DNA of 64,000 nucleotides from an uncultured Collinsella sp. (GCA_928722055.1 CAKMWN010000002.1:545437-609436); one strand, 5' to 3'. Shown: positions 17,901-31,414, counted from the first letter of the stretch. Numbers and translations: made by a program. The notes: generated by a model not told the origin, from the sequence alone.

Positions 17901-18244
17901 CCAACCGCGGCAAGACCGGGGACGATTCCTTTAGCGCGAGCGATATCGACATCGCGCAGATGTGCCTTGCCATCGATGCTCGCACGCCGGTCGACGAGCG
18001 TTCGGTGGAAAGCGGCCTGGGAATCTTCGAAGAGCTTGGTTTCTGTCGAGTTTCGGGGTTTGACGACGCCCGTCGCATCGCGATGGCCGAAAACCCCGGC
18101 CGCGTGCAATTGAGCAGGTCAATTCGCTATTTGGAGGGCTTGCGCTCGCGCATGGAGTTCTCGGCTTTCCGGAGCTGGGCGCTCGATTCGTGCGCTTCTG
18201 ATATGCTAGCCAAAGTTAACCGCCCGATCGTACCGCGGGCCTAG
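14955..18244 (+). pseudogene. recJ: RecJ single-strand exonuclease fused to a RecQ-like SF2 helicase, interrupted by two frameshifts
   Basis: Fragments 14955-15851, 15844-17733 and ~17730-18244 join if one base is removed in CCCGGG (15738-15743) and one in GCGCGC (17723-17728). RecJ motifs: FGDFDVDGITS, TDHHEP, PRLNAAGRM, GGHAGAVG. Helicase motifs: GTGRGKS, VVIDEAHH, QMSGRAGRDG. Confidence 0.75.
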
Positions 18245-18259
18245 GGGAAGGGGACCTCG

Positions 18260-20620
18260 ATGGATGCCGCAGCCCGTACCGCCCATGATTCCACCCTCCA
18301 GCCGTTTTCGGAGATGGAGCACTATAAGCATGCCGATGAGCTGCCGCCCGAGATTGTGGCGGACAGCTACGACAAGCTGGAGCGCCTGTGCCTCAAATAT
18401 ATGAATGAGGACGACTTCTCCAAGGTGGAGCAGGCCTACTGCTTTGCCGCCGAGAAGCACTGCAACCAAAAGCGCCGCTCGGGCGAGATGTACATTAACC
18501 ATCCCGTCGAGGTTGCCATCATTTTGGCCGATCTCAAGATGGACTGCGATGTGGTGTGCGCCGCGCTGCTGCACGATACCGTTGAGGATACAGAGACCTC
18601 GCTTGCCGATGTTTCCGGCCTGTTTGGCGATACGGTGGCCGAGCTCGTCGATGGCGTGACCAAGCTCACCAACATCGAAGTCGACAGCATGGACGAGAAG
18701 CAGGCCCTCACGCTGCGCAAGATGTTCCTCGCCATGTCCAAGGACATCCGCGTCATCATCGTTAAACTTGCCGACCGTCTGCACAACATGCGAACGCTGG
18801 CAGCCCTGCGCGAGGATCGTCGCCTGTTTAAGGCTCGCGAGACCATGGACGTGTATGCGCCCCTGGCCGACCGTCTGGGCATGAGCTCCATTAAATGGGA
18901 GCTCGAGGACCTGTCCTTCTTCTACCTTGAACCCGACGCCTACCAGCGCATCGCGCGCATGGTGGCGGAGTCGCGCGAGGTCCGTGAGCGCTATCTGGCC
19001 GAGACCATCAAGACACTCACCGACGAACTCAACCGCATTGGCCTGGAGGACTTCCAGATTAACGGCCGTTCCAAGCACTATTGGTCCATCTACCAAAAGA
19101 TGAAGCGCAAGGGCAAGGAATTCTCCGAGATCTACGACCTGGTGGCACTGCGTGTCATCACGCATTCGGTGCGCGATTGCTACTCCACGCTCGGCGCGGT
19201 GCATACGCTGTGGCACCCCATGCCCGGTCGCTTTAAAGACTATATCGCCATGCCCAAGGTCAATAACTACCAGTCGCTCCACACGACGGTCATCGGCCCC
19301 ACGGCCCGTCCGCTCGAGATTCAGATTCGAACCTACGAGATGCATGAGCAGGCCGAGTACGGCATTGCCGCCCACTGGCTATACAAGAAGTCGGGCGGAT
19401 CGTCTGCTTCCAAGACCAATGACGCTCAACGTTTGGACGACCAGATCAACTGGCTCAAGCATTCGCTCGATTGGGCTGCGTCTGATGAGATCACCGACGC
19501 CAAGGAATACCTGCATTCGCTGAAGGTCGACCTCTTCGATCAGGAGATCTTCGTCTTTACGCCCAAGGGCGAGGTCATGGCGCTTCGTGCCGGCTCCACG
19601 CCGCTCGACTTTGCCTATGCCGTTCACACCGAGGTGGGAAACCATTGCGTCGGCGCCAAAATCAACGGTGCGGTGGCTCCGCTCACGCACGAGATTAAGA
19701 CGGGTGACCGTGTCGAGATCCTGACTAACAAGAGTTCCAAGCCGTCGCGTGATTGGCTCAAGATCGTTAAGACGCCTTCCGCCAAGTCAAAGATCCGCCG
19801 CTATTTTGCCGCTGCGACCAAGGATGACGACGCTGCTGCCGGCCGCGATATGCTGGCCAAGGACCTGCGGAAGCGTGGCTATGGCATTTCTACGCCGCGT
19901 TCGACGCGTGCACTCAACGCCGTAGCGGAGCAGTTTAACTTCAAGCAGCTCGAGGACCTGTTTGCCGCCGTCGGCGCCGGCAAGGTTGCCCCGCGCGCTG
20001 TGGGCAATAAGGTCGAGCAAATCTTGGACCCCAAGCCCGAGGAACAGCTCACCAAGGCCGAGGCTATCGCCGAGGTCGTGAAACAGCCTGCTCGCGGCTC
20101 CAACCGCAAGCCGCAAAAGCGCGGCAAGAGCGCAAGTAACGGCATTATCGTCAAGGGCGAGAGCAACAGCGGCCTGCTGGTCCGTCTGGCTCATTGCTGC
20201 AACCCCGTGACGGGCGACGACATCGTCGGCTTCATCACGCGCGGTCGTGGCGTTTCGGTACATCGCGCCAACTGCCCCAACGTCAAGGGTCTTATGGAAC
20301 ATCCCGAGCGCATGATCCATGTGGAGTGGGACGGCGCTGCCGACACCCTCTTCCAGGTCGAGATCGTGGTCGAGTGCTTGGACCGTATGGGCCTGCTCAA
20401 GGATGTCACCATTGCCATTGGCGATGCGGGCGGCAATATCCTTTCTGCCGCCACGTCGACCAACCGCGAGGGTATTGCAACCCTGCGCTTTATGGTCGAG
20501 ATCTCGGACGCGAGTGGTCTGGATCCGCTGCTGGCTTCCATCAGCAGTGTCGATTCGGTCTACGACGCTCGCCGTCTTATGCCCGGCGAAGGCGGAGCTC
20601 AGCTCAAGCGCCGTGTGTAG
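18260..20620 (+). CDS. relA: Bifunctional (p)ppGpp synthetase/hydrolase, RelA/SpoT family
   Basis: 786 aa with an HD domain (HPVEVA...LLHDTVEDT), a RelA/SpoT synthetase domain, TGS (FVFTPKGEV...LRAGSTPLDFAYAVHTEVG) and a C-terminal ACT. Confidence 0.92.
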   Translation: MDAAARTAHDSTLQPFSEMEHYKHADELPPEIVADSYDKLERLCLKYMNEDDFSKVEQAYCFAAEKHCNQKRRSGEMYINHPVEVAIILADLKMDCDVVCAALLHDTVEDTETSLADVSGLFGDTVAELVDGVTKLTNIEVDSMDEKQALTLRKMFLAMSKDIRVIIVKLADRLHNMRTLAALREDRRLFKARETMDVYAPLADRLGMSSIKWELEDLSFFYLEPDAYQRIARMVAESREVRERYLAETIKTLTDELNRIGLEDFQINGRSKHYWSIYQKMKRKGKEFSEIYDLVALRVITHSVRDCYSTLGAVHTLWHPMPGRFKDYIAMPKVNNYQSLHTTVIGPTARPLEIQIRTYEMHEQAEYGIAAHWLYKKSGGSSASKTNDAQRLDDQINWLKHSLDWAASDEITDAKEYLHSLKVDLFDQEIFVFTPKGEVMALRAGSTPLDFAYAVHTEVGNHCVGAKINGAVAPLTHEIKTGDRVEILTNKSSKPSRDWLKIVKTPSAKSKIRRYFAAATKDDDAAAGRDMLAKDLRKRGYGISTPRSTRALNAVAEQFNFKQLEDLFAAVGAGKVAPRAVGNKVEQILDPKPEEQLTKAEAIAEVVKQPARGSNRKPQKRGKSASNGIIVKGESNSGLLVRLAHCCNPVTGDDIVGFITRGRGVSVHRANCPNVKGLMEHPERMIHVEWDGAADTLFQVEIVVECLDRMGLLKDVTIAIGDAGGNILSAATSTNREGIATLRFMVEISDASGLDPLLASISSVDSVYDARRLMPGEGGAQLKRRV

Positions 20621-20654
20621 GTGCGAGAGCCTCTCAGCATCATAGATATTGGTT

Positions 20655-20691
20655 ACGTTCGAGGCATCGTTTGGTGCCTCGAACGTATTTT
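20655..20691 (+). terminator. Terminator of relA
   Basis: acgttcgaggca-tcgtttgg-tgcctcgaacgt followed by ATTTTA. Confidence 0.7.
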
Positions 20692-20708
20692 AGAAGGAGG
20701 GTATGCGC

Positions 20709-21392
20709 ATGGGCGATATGACTTTGGACCTGACACCCCGAGGTGCGGCTTCGATTGAGGCGCTCGTCAACGGCCCGATTCAGACCAACAGTTACGCCGT
20801 GATTTCGAATGACGAGTGCTTAATCGTCGATCCGGCGTGGGAGGGCGAGCGTCTTGTGGAGCATATCCGCACCGCGCATCCCGAGGTGCGCGTACTCGGC
20901 TCTGTCTGCACGCACGGTCATGCCGACCATGTTGGCGGGGTTGCCGGGGTTCGAGCTGTCGTTGGCGACAGCGCACTATATGAGTTGTGCGCTAAGGACG
21001 TGACGGTACCTCGCGCAAATATCGAGGAGCAGCGCGCCATGTGGGGCATCGAGACGCCCGATCCGGGTGAGCCGACGCGCTTGCTTGCCGAGGGCGATAC
21101 AATCGAGGTGGGCGACGTCTGCCTGCAGGTGATCGAGACGCCGGGGCATACGCCGGGCGGCATCGTCCTGTTCGCCGCGACCGAGCAGGGGAACATCGCC
21201 TTTGTGGGCGACACGCTTTTCCCGGGCAGCCACGGTCGTACCGATCTTTCCGGCGGTGACGAGGCGGCGATTATGCGCTCGCTTTCCAAACTTGCCAAGA
21301 CGCTTCCGCCCGATACCGTTTGCTTGACGGGCCATGGCGATTCGACCACGATGGCGCGCGAACTTATGCAGAACCCGTTTATGCAGATGTAG
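20709..21392 (+). CDS. MBL-fold metallo-hydrolase (glyoxalase II-like)
   Basis: HGHADHVGG metal motif. ATG 20709 preferred over 20703 because of its 8-nt spacing from GGAGG. Confidence 0.8.
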   Translation: MGDMTLDLTPRGAASIEALVNGPIQTNSYAVISNDECLIVDPAWEGERLVEHIRTAHPEVRVLGSVCTHGHADHVGGVAGVRAVVGDSALYELCAKDVTVPRANIEEQRAMWGIETPDPGEPTRLLAEGDTIEVGDVCLQVIETPGHTPGGIVLFAATEQGNIAFVGDTLFPGSHGRTDLSGGDEAAIMRSLSKLAKTLPPDTVCLTGHGDSTTMARELMQNPFMQM

Positions 21393-21586
21393 GCTCGAAG
21401 CCGTCTTTCGAACCACGAAGACCGCTCAATCGTCAAGCTATTTTCCCCAGTGGGTCGATTCTGTGGGGCAAACGGTCAAAATTTGTCCAATCGGATGGTA
21501 TTCGTGAACAAACGAACGTTTATGCTCGGGTATGTCGTGGTAAAATCTCAGGCGTTATCGGAGCAACCTTACAGGAGGTTTCTTTT

Positions 21587-22453
21587 ATGCTCGTCAACGC
21601 AGCAGACATGCTCAAGAAGGCCGAGGCCGGCAAGTACGCTCTCGGTGCCTTCAACACCAACAACCTCGAGTGGACCCTGGCTATTCTCCAGGCCGCCGAG
21701 GAGGCCAAGTCTCCGCTGATCCTTCAGTGCACCGCTGGTGCCGCTAAGTGGATGGGCGGTTTCAAGGTCTGCGCCGACATGGTCAAGGCTGCCGTCGAGG
21801 CCACGGGCGTTACCGTTCCCGTCGCCCTTCACCTCGATCACGGTTCTTACGAGGACTGCTTCAAGTGCATCGAGGCCGGCTTCACGTCCATCATGTATGA
21901 CGGCTCTCACGAGGAGACCTTCCAGCTTAACCTCGACCGCACCAAGGAGCTCGTTGAGCTTGCCCACTCCAAGGGCATGTCCATCGAGGCCGAGGTCGGC
22001 GGCATCGGCGGCACCGAGGACGGCGTGACCTCCAACGGCGAGCTCGCTGACCCCGCTGAGTGCAAGCAGATTGCTGACCTGGGCGTCGACTTCCTCGCCT
22101 GCGGTATCGGCAACATCCACGGCGTGTATCCCGCCGACTGGGCTGGCCTTTCCTTCGAGCGTCTGGGCGAGATCAAGGCTCAGACCGGCGACCTGCCCCT
22201 CGTTCTGCACGGTGGTACCGGCATCCCCGAGGATCAGATCAAGAAGGCCATCTCCCTGGGTATCTCCAAGATCAACGTCAACACCGACCTGCAGCTCGTC
22301 TTCGCCAAGGGCGTTCGCGAGTACATCGAGGCCGGCAAGGATCAGCAGGGCAAGGGCTTTGACCCCCGCAAGCTCCTCAAGCCTGGTCGCGACAACATCG
22401 TTGCCCGCACCAAGGAGCTCATGGAGGAGTTTGGCTCCGTCAACAAGGCGTAA
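21587..22453 (+). CDS. fba: Class II fructose-bisphosphate aldolase
   Basis: Start MLVNAADMLKKAEAGKYALGAFNTNNLEW after ACAGGAGG. HLDHG and LVLHGGTG motifs. Confidence 0.9.
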   Translation: MLVNAADMLKKAEAGKYALGAFNTNNLEWTLAILQAAEEAKSPLILQCTAGAAKWMGGFKVCADMVKAAVEATGVTVPVALHLDHGSYEDCFKCIEAGFTSIMYDGSHEETFQLNLDRTKELVELAHSKGMSIEAEVGGIGGTEDGVTSNGELADPAECKQIADLGVDFLACGIGNIHGVYPADWAGLSFERLGEIKAQTGDLPLVLHGGTGIPEDQIKKAISLGISKINVNTDLQLVFAKGVREYIEAGKDQQGKGFDPRKLLKPGRDNIVARTKELMEEFGSVNKA

Positions 22454-22473
22454 GCGTAGCTAAACTTCCCACC

Positions 22474-22572
22474 GGAAGCCCCGTCTCCCTACACTGTTTC
22501 CTTTGCGCTCACCTGGCTTCGCCAGAAGTCGCGCCAAGGAAACAGTTCCGGGAGACGGGGCTTCCTTCGTTT
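22474..22572 (+). terminator. Long compound hairpin downstream of fba (probable terminator)
   Basis: ggaagccccgtctccc...actgtttcctt // aaggaaacagt...gggagacggggcttcc arms (22474-22565) followed by TTCGTTT. Confidence 0.55.
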
Positions 22573-22699
22573 AACGCCGCAGGGTTACGAGTCTGAATTA
22601 AGGTGGCTACTGGCTTCGCTAGAAGTCGCGCGACGGAATCAGCTCCGGGTGAACGGGGCCTCCTTTGTTAACTCGCTACAGGGTTACTGGGCTGAATTC
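22514..22699 (+). repeat. Diverged tandem duplication (~97-bp period) of the right half of the fba terminator region
   Basis: Unit 1 at 22514-22599 is tggcttcgccagaagtcgcgcc...cagggttacgagtctgaatt. Unit 2 at 22611-22699 is tggcttcgctagaagtcgcgcg...cagggttactgggctgaattc. Confidence 0.7.
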
Positions 22700-22768
22700 A
22701 TTTTTAGAGGTACCGTTTATCGGTGTTGAGGGTTCCTTTATTGGGGCTTTCTTTTTTATCTCGCTACA

Positions 22769-24238
22769 ATGGGCTTCAAGAGTTCTAATGACTTGGAGTT
22801 TGGTATGGCTGTTATTAATGTGCTGCCTTCGGATGGGAAGGTTATTGACGAGGGGCCTGTTGGTTGCTCTGTTGATGTTTGCTGCGATGACTTTCGCCAT
22901 CTCGATATTGGACTACCGCCTGAGATTCTTCGTCTTAAGGATGCCGGGTATTTGACGCAGGCTGTTGCCGCCTGCGATCGCCTTTTGGAGCAGAATCCTG
23001 AGCCTTCCCTGGCAGCCTGCGTTCGTGCCGAGCGGTATCGCATGCTTGAGACGCCGCTTCATTTTTCGGTGTCGCGCGATCGAGCTATTGCGATGATTCG
23101 CGAGGAGTGGCCTGAGTTTACCGAGGAGCAGTTTGACGATCTGATTGACCGTAAGCGTATTGACTGGCGCTTTATCGACGGCGAGCTGTTTGTTCTCGAC
23201 AACTTCCTCGATTCGCTTCGCGTATATCCCAAAGAGGTCCCCGGCATGCGTCCCGATTCTACGGACGGAATAGCACTGCGCAACGAGATGCTCAAGGAGA
23301 TGGAGTCGCAAAACGGATTGACTCGCGTTATTACGCTTCAGGCGTCCTTGTCTGTCCCCGGCGCTCTAGAGGGGGAGACCGTTCACGCTTGGCTTCCCGT
23401 TGCCGCCACCTGCCGCCAACAGTCTCAGGTCGAGATTCTCGACATGACGCCGGAGGGTACTGTTGCTCCCGCGAACGCTTCGGCGCGTACCGCCTCGTGG
23501 TCTTCTTCGAGTGAGCGCTCATTCTCGGTGACCTATCGTTATCACATCGATGCTGCTTATTGTGATGTCTACGGTGGCACACTTCCGGTTCATCCGCGTA
23601 TGGACGCGCCTCTGCCCGAGGATATTTCCGAGGACCGTCCGCACATTGCATTTACGCCGTATCTGCAGCAGCTGACGGCCGGTGTTGTTGACGGACTCGA
23701 GGATCCGCTCGATCGCGCTCGTGCTATCTATGATTACCTGACGCAGTATATCGACTATCGCTATCAGCCGCCGTACTTGCTTTTGGGATCTATTGCCGAT
23801 GACTGCGCGCATTCGCTCCGCGGCGATTGCGGCGTTATGGCGCTCACGTTTATCACCATGTGCCGTATCGCGGGCGTGCCTGCCCGTTGGCAGAGCGGCC
23901 TGTACGTTGCGCCCGATTCGGTGGGGTCGCACGACTGGGCAGAGTTCTATACGCCGCAGACCGGTTGGCTCAACGCCGACGTGTCATTTGGATCTTCTGC
24001 TCGCAGGATGGGGGAGGAGTGGCGCCGCCGTCACTACTTTGGCAATCTCGACCCATGGCGTATGGTGGCCAACAATCGATTCCAGGCAGAGTTTGAGCCC
24101 TCTTTCGACGGCATGCGCGAGGACCCTTACGATAACCAGATGGGTGAGGCTTCGGTCGACGGTCGCGGATGCCGTCAGCGCGAGATGCTACGCACGGTCG
24201 AACTCATCGAAATGCTTGAAGTTCCATTTTCGGACTAA
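22769..24238 (+). CDS. Transglutaminase-like (Cys-His-Asp) domain protein
   Basis: 489-aa ORF with LRGDCGVMALTFITMCRIAGVPAR...GSHDWAEFY...NADVS, the transglutaminase-core pattern. No signal peptide seen. Start uncertain (22769 or 22805). Confidence 0.7.
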   Translation: MGFKSSNDLEFGMAVINVLPSDGKVIDEGPVGCSVDVCCDDFRHLDIGLPPEILRLKDAGYLTQAVAACDRLLEQNPEPSLAACVRAERYRMLETPLHFSVSRDRAIAMIREEWPEFTEEQFDDLIDRKRIDWRFIDGELFVLDNFLDSLRVYPKEVPGMRPDSTDGIALRNEMLKEMESQNGLTRVITLQASLSVPGALEGETVHAWLPVAATCRQQSQVEILDMTPEGTVAPANASARTASWSSSSERSFSVTYRYHIDAAYCDVYGGTLPVHPRMDAPLPEDISEDRPHIAFTPYLQQLTAGVVDGLEDPLDRARAIYDYLTQYIDYRYQPPYLLLGSIADDCAHSLRGDCGVMALTFITMCRIAGVPARWQSGLYVAPDSVGSHDWAEFYTPQTGWLNADVSFGSSARRMGEEWRRRHYFGNLDPWRMVANNRFQAEFEPSFDGMREDPYDNQMGEASVDGRGCRQREMLRTVELIEMLEVPFSD

Positions 24239-24277
24239 TCAACAGAAAGCTGTGATAAACTAACTCACGCATTACGT

Positions 24278-24364
24278 GCCCGAGTGGCGGAATTGGCAGA
24301 CGCAGTGGACTCAAAATCCACCGTTGGCAACAACGTGCGAGTTCGAGTCTCGCCTCGGGCACCA
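24278..24364 (+). tRNA. tRNA-Leu (anticodon CAA), long variable arm, encoded CCA
   Basis: Acceptor gcccgag/ctcgggc, anticodon loop ctCAAaa, long extra arm ccgttggcaacaacg, T-arm gcgagttcgagtctcgc, 3' ACCA. Confidence 0.9.
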
Positions 24365-24526
24365 TACATGCAAGTGAGCGTTCAAGGGGGTTGCGGCCCC
24401 CTTTTTCGTGCCGAACTCGCGTGAGCGCGCGAAGCGTTAAGCAAACAGGCCTGCGGCCTGTTTGTAGCGGAGCGTGGCGAGGGCGCCACGCGTCCGAACC
24501 CCGGGGCTTCGCGAAGCGAAGGCCCT

Positions 24527-24593
24527 TCGAGTCTCGCCTCGGGCACCATACATGCAAGCGAGCGTTCAAGGGGGTCAAGGCCCCTTTTTCGTG
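24527..24593 (+). repeat. Second copy of the tRNA-Leu 3' end plus the downstream terminator (direct repeat of 24342-24410)
   Basis: ttcgagtctcgcctcgggcaccatacatgcaag[t/c]gagcgttcaaggggg...cccctttttcgtg occurs twice, 185 bp apart. The copies differ mainly in the hairpin loop. Confidence 0.85.
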
Positions 24594-24795
24594 TACGTAA
24601 TGTGATAACGCGCTGTACGTGTTATTATTCGCAAGGCGTTGTTCCCGCAATGCCCTAAAGAGGAACCCGAGGGTTCCCACCTTTTGGCGCCAATGAGCAG
24701 CTGACTGGTCATACAACTTAGATTCCCTTCCTCAAATCGAGGAAGTCTATGTGTACGACCTGGTTGCTGAGAAGCGCCGGGTTATTTTTTTATGA

Positions 24796-25365
24796 ATGGA
24801 GGTAGGGAAAATAGCTAAGTCTGATGACACTCGCATCAACGACGAGATCACTGCATCGTCGTGCCGTTTGATTGGCGTCGATGGCTCTCAGCTCGGCCTG
24901 TTCGCCATTCGCGATGCCCAGCGCGTCGCCGACGATCAGGGTCTCGACCTGGTCGAGATCGCTCCCAACGCGGAGCCGCCGGTCTGCAAGGTCATGGACT
25001 ACGGTAAGTTCAAGTACCAGCAGGCCATGAAGGCCAAGGCTGCTCGTAAGAACCAGTCCAAGGTCGAGGTCAAGGAAATGAAGTTCCGACCCAAGATCGA
25101 CGTTGGCGACTACGAGACCAAGAAGGGCCACGTTCTGCGTTTCCTCAAGAAGGGCGCACGCGTTAAGATCACCATCATGTTCCGCGGCCGTGAGATGGCT
25201 CACCCGGAGCAGGGCCTTAACGTTCTCGAGCGTCTCGCCGAGGATCTCAAGCCTTACGCTACGGTCGAGTCCAAGCCTAAGATGGAAGGCCGTAACATGC
25301 TTATGCTGCTCGCCCCGATTAAGGGCGCCTTCGATGAGGATAAAGCGGCAAGCGATACTAAGTAA
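24796..25365 (+). CDS. infC: Translation initiation factor IF-3
   Basis: RINDEI...CRLIGVDGSQLG...PPVCKVMDYGKFKYQQ...MFRGREMAHPE. The true start may be the in-frame ATA at 24811 (see findings). Confidence 0.9.
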   Translation: MEVGKIAKSDDTRINDEITASSCRLIGVDGSQLGLFAIRDAQRVADDQGLDLVEIAPNAEPPVCKVMDYGKFKYQQAMKAKAARKNQSKVEVKEMKFRPKIDVGDYETKKGHVLRFLKKGARVKITIMFRGREMAHPEQGLNVLERLAEDLKPYATVESKPKMEGRNMLMLLAPIKGAFDEDKAASDTK

Positions 25366-25397
25366 CTAGTGTTCTGTAACCGATTAAGGAGTATTTC

Positions 25398-25589
25398 ATG
25401 CCTAAGATGAAGTCCCACAGCGGCACCAAGAAGCGTTTCCGCAAGACTGGTACCGGCAAGCTTATGCGCGCCAAGGCTTTCAAGAGCCACATCCTGAGCA
25501 AGAAGTCCACCAAGCGTAAGCGTGGCTTCCGTCAGGAGACCGAGATTGCCGCTGCCGACCGCAAGGTCATCAAGTCGCGTCTCGCCTAA
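25398..25589 (+). CDS. rpmI: 50S ribosomal protein L35
   Basis: 63 aa, [24 protein letters not shown]. Confidence 0.95.
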   Translation: MPKMKSHSGTKKRFRKTGTGKLMRAKAFKSHILSKKSTKRKRGFRQETEIAAADRKVIKSRLA

Positions 25590-25635
25590 GTTCGCGTTCC
25601 CGTTTTTCGTTTTACCGTCTAGGAGTTGATAGAAC

Positions 25636-25995
25636 ATGGCACGTATTAAGCGCGCTGTTGCCGCCAAGAAGAAGCGCCGTACCGTTATGCACCGTGCGAA
25701 GGGTTACTACGGTGCCGCTTCGCGTACTTACAAGCATGCTAAAGAGCAGGTCCAGCACTCCCTGCAGTATCAGTATCGTGATCGCCGCAACAAGAAGCGC
25801 GAGATCCGTTCTCTTTGGATCACTCGTATCAACGCTGCTGCTCGCCTGAACGACATCTCTTACTCTCAGTTCATGCACGGCCTGAAGGTTGCCGGCATCG
25901 AGCTCGACCGCAAGGTCCTGGCTCAGATGGCTTACGAGGACATCGAGTCCTTCAACGAGCTGGCTACCATCGCCAAGAAGGCTCTCGAGGCCTAA
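25636..25995 (+). CDS. rplT: 50S ribosomal protein L20
   Basis: 119 aa, MARIKRAVAAKKKRRTVMHRAKGYYG...RDRRNKKREIRSLWITRINAAAR. Confidence 0.95.
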   Translation: MARIKRAVAAKKKRRTVMHRAKGYYGAASRTYKHAKEQVQHSLQYQYRDRRNKKREIRSLWITRINAAARLNDISYSQFMHGLKVAGIELDRKVLAQMAYEDIESFNELATIAKKALEA

Positions 25996-26016
25996 TAGAT
26001 TCTCTTGAATCGCTAG

Positions 26017-26052
26017 GGGAGTGTCGCGTTGTGCGCGGCGCTCCCTCTTTTT
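26017..26052 (+). terminator. Terminator of infC-rpmI-rplT
   Basis: gggagtgtcgcg-ttgtg-cgcggcgctccc (two G-U pairs) followed by TCTTTTTA. Confidence 0.6.
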
Positions 26053-26530
26053 ATCTGAAGCGCGGTTTACATTGCTAAAAGCGCGGGTAGATAAACACTT
26101 ACAGGTGACCGATCTCTATATATTCCTGAACCAAAGGGTCATCATCTGATACGTGCGGAAGATCCGCACCAGTCTTTCTATTACCTATAGAAAGCAATAT
26201 GTTGTGTAGGACTTGTGAAGAGCGGAATTGACGTCCCACAGAGCTTCGCGGTCTGGCAATATATCTCCTTGCCGCGCGGCCCGGTGGAACCGGATGAGCC
26301 GCGGGGCGTGCACCTTGAGAACCGGATACTGCGAGGATGGACACACCAGATGTGTCGCATCCGGGCAGACATCGAACCATTTGAAATGGTCTAACTTGGA
26401 TTTGTTTTTCGCAAGGCCGCCGAGAGGCGGCCCCGAGAAATTCCTTTTCCTATACTAGAACCATATGAATCGAACGGAACCGATCAGCTAATAGTTGTGA
26501 GGACCGGACGGGCTCGAAGCCCATTTATTT

Positions 26531-28039
<1,509 letters not shown>

Positions 28040-28437
28040 GGGAGACACATTCTTAGAGAGACAAACTTTAACTCGAATAGAGGGCAGGAGCCCGTCCGGT
28101 AGATGTCCGCCAGGATAAGTCCCCGCAGCACCCGGTCCCCGGGGTCGCACCCGCGTACCTTGAGAGCCGCATAGCGATAGGAGAGAGATGGAAGAGTATC
28201 CTCTTCCAGACTCGATTCTTTTCTGCGATTAAACGTAAGAATGATAGCAATCATTCATCCGATCCAAACAAGAAGAATTCACTTATAAATGAGTGAGGAG
28301 CATCTGATCGCGAGCACAGTGAAACAGACTGTGCCGCGGTATGAGATACCCGAATTGCGACATACGAGCGCTATTCATGATATCGATTAATTAACTTAAT
28401 TAGCGACACGTGGATATCCCGCGGGCCCGATGCGGTC

Positions 28438-31414
<2,977 letters not shown>

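Noticed and set aside
22514-22699. CRISPR-like or satellite array downstream of fba
   Set aside because: There are only two diverged copies, with no regular repeat-spacer architecture and no cas genes in the window.
22665-22955. 96-aa hydrophobic plus-strand ORF overlapping the start of the transglutaminase-like gene
   Set aside because: It is out of frame with, and largely overlapped by, the 489-aa ORF that carries the transglutaminase core. Its Leu/Phe-rich content reflects the T-rich codon third positions of that gene. It has no SD.
24278-24600. Integrated prophage or genomic island at tRNA-Leu
   Set aside because: The att-like repeats are only 185 bp apart. No integrase, excisionase or cargo genes exist between or beside them. 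Only a scar or miniature insert can be claimed.
24204-24716. 170-aa minus-strand ORF overlapping tRNA-Leu and the duplicated region
   Set aside because: It overlaps a bona fide tRNA and two terminators on the opposite strand, has an Arg/Pro-rich composition, and has no SD.
26099-26380. 93-aa minus-strand ORF between rplT and the 16S rRNA
   Set aside because: It lies in the rRNA promoter and leader region, has no SD, and has an Arg/Pro/Ser-rich translation. Small palindromes there (CTTTCTAT-tacc-TATAGAAAG, ACCATTT-g-AAATGGT) were noted. I could not define the rRNA promoters confidently, so none is reported as a feature.
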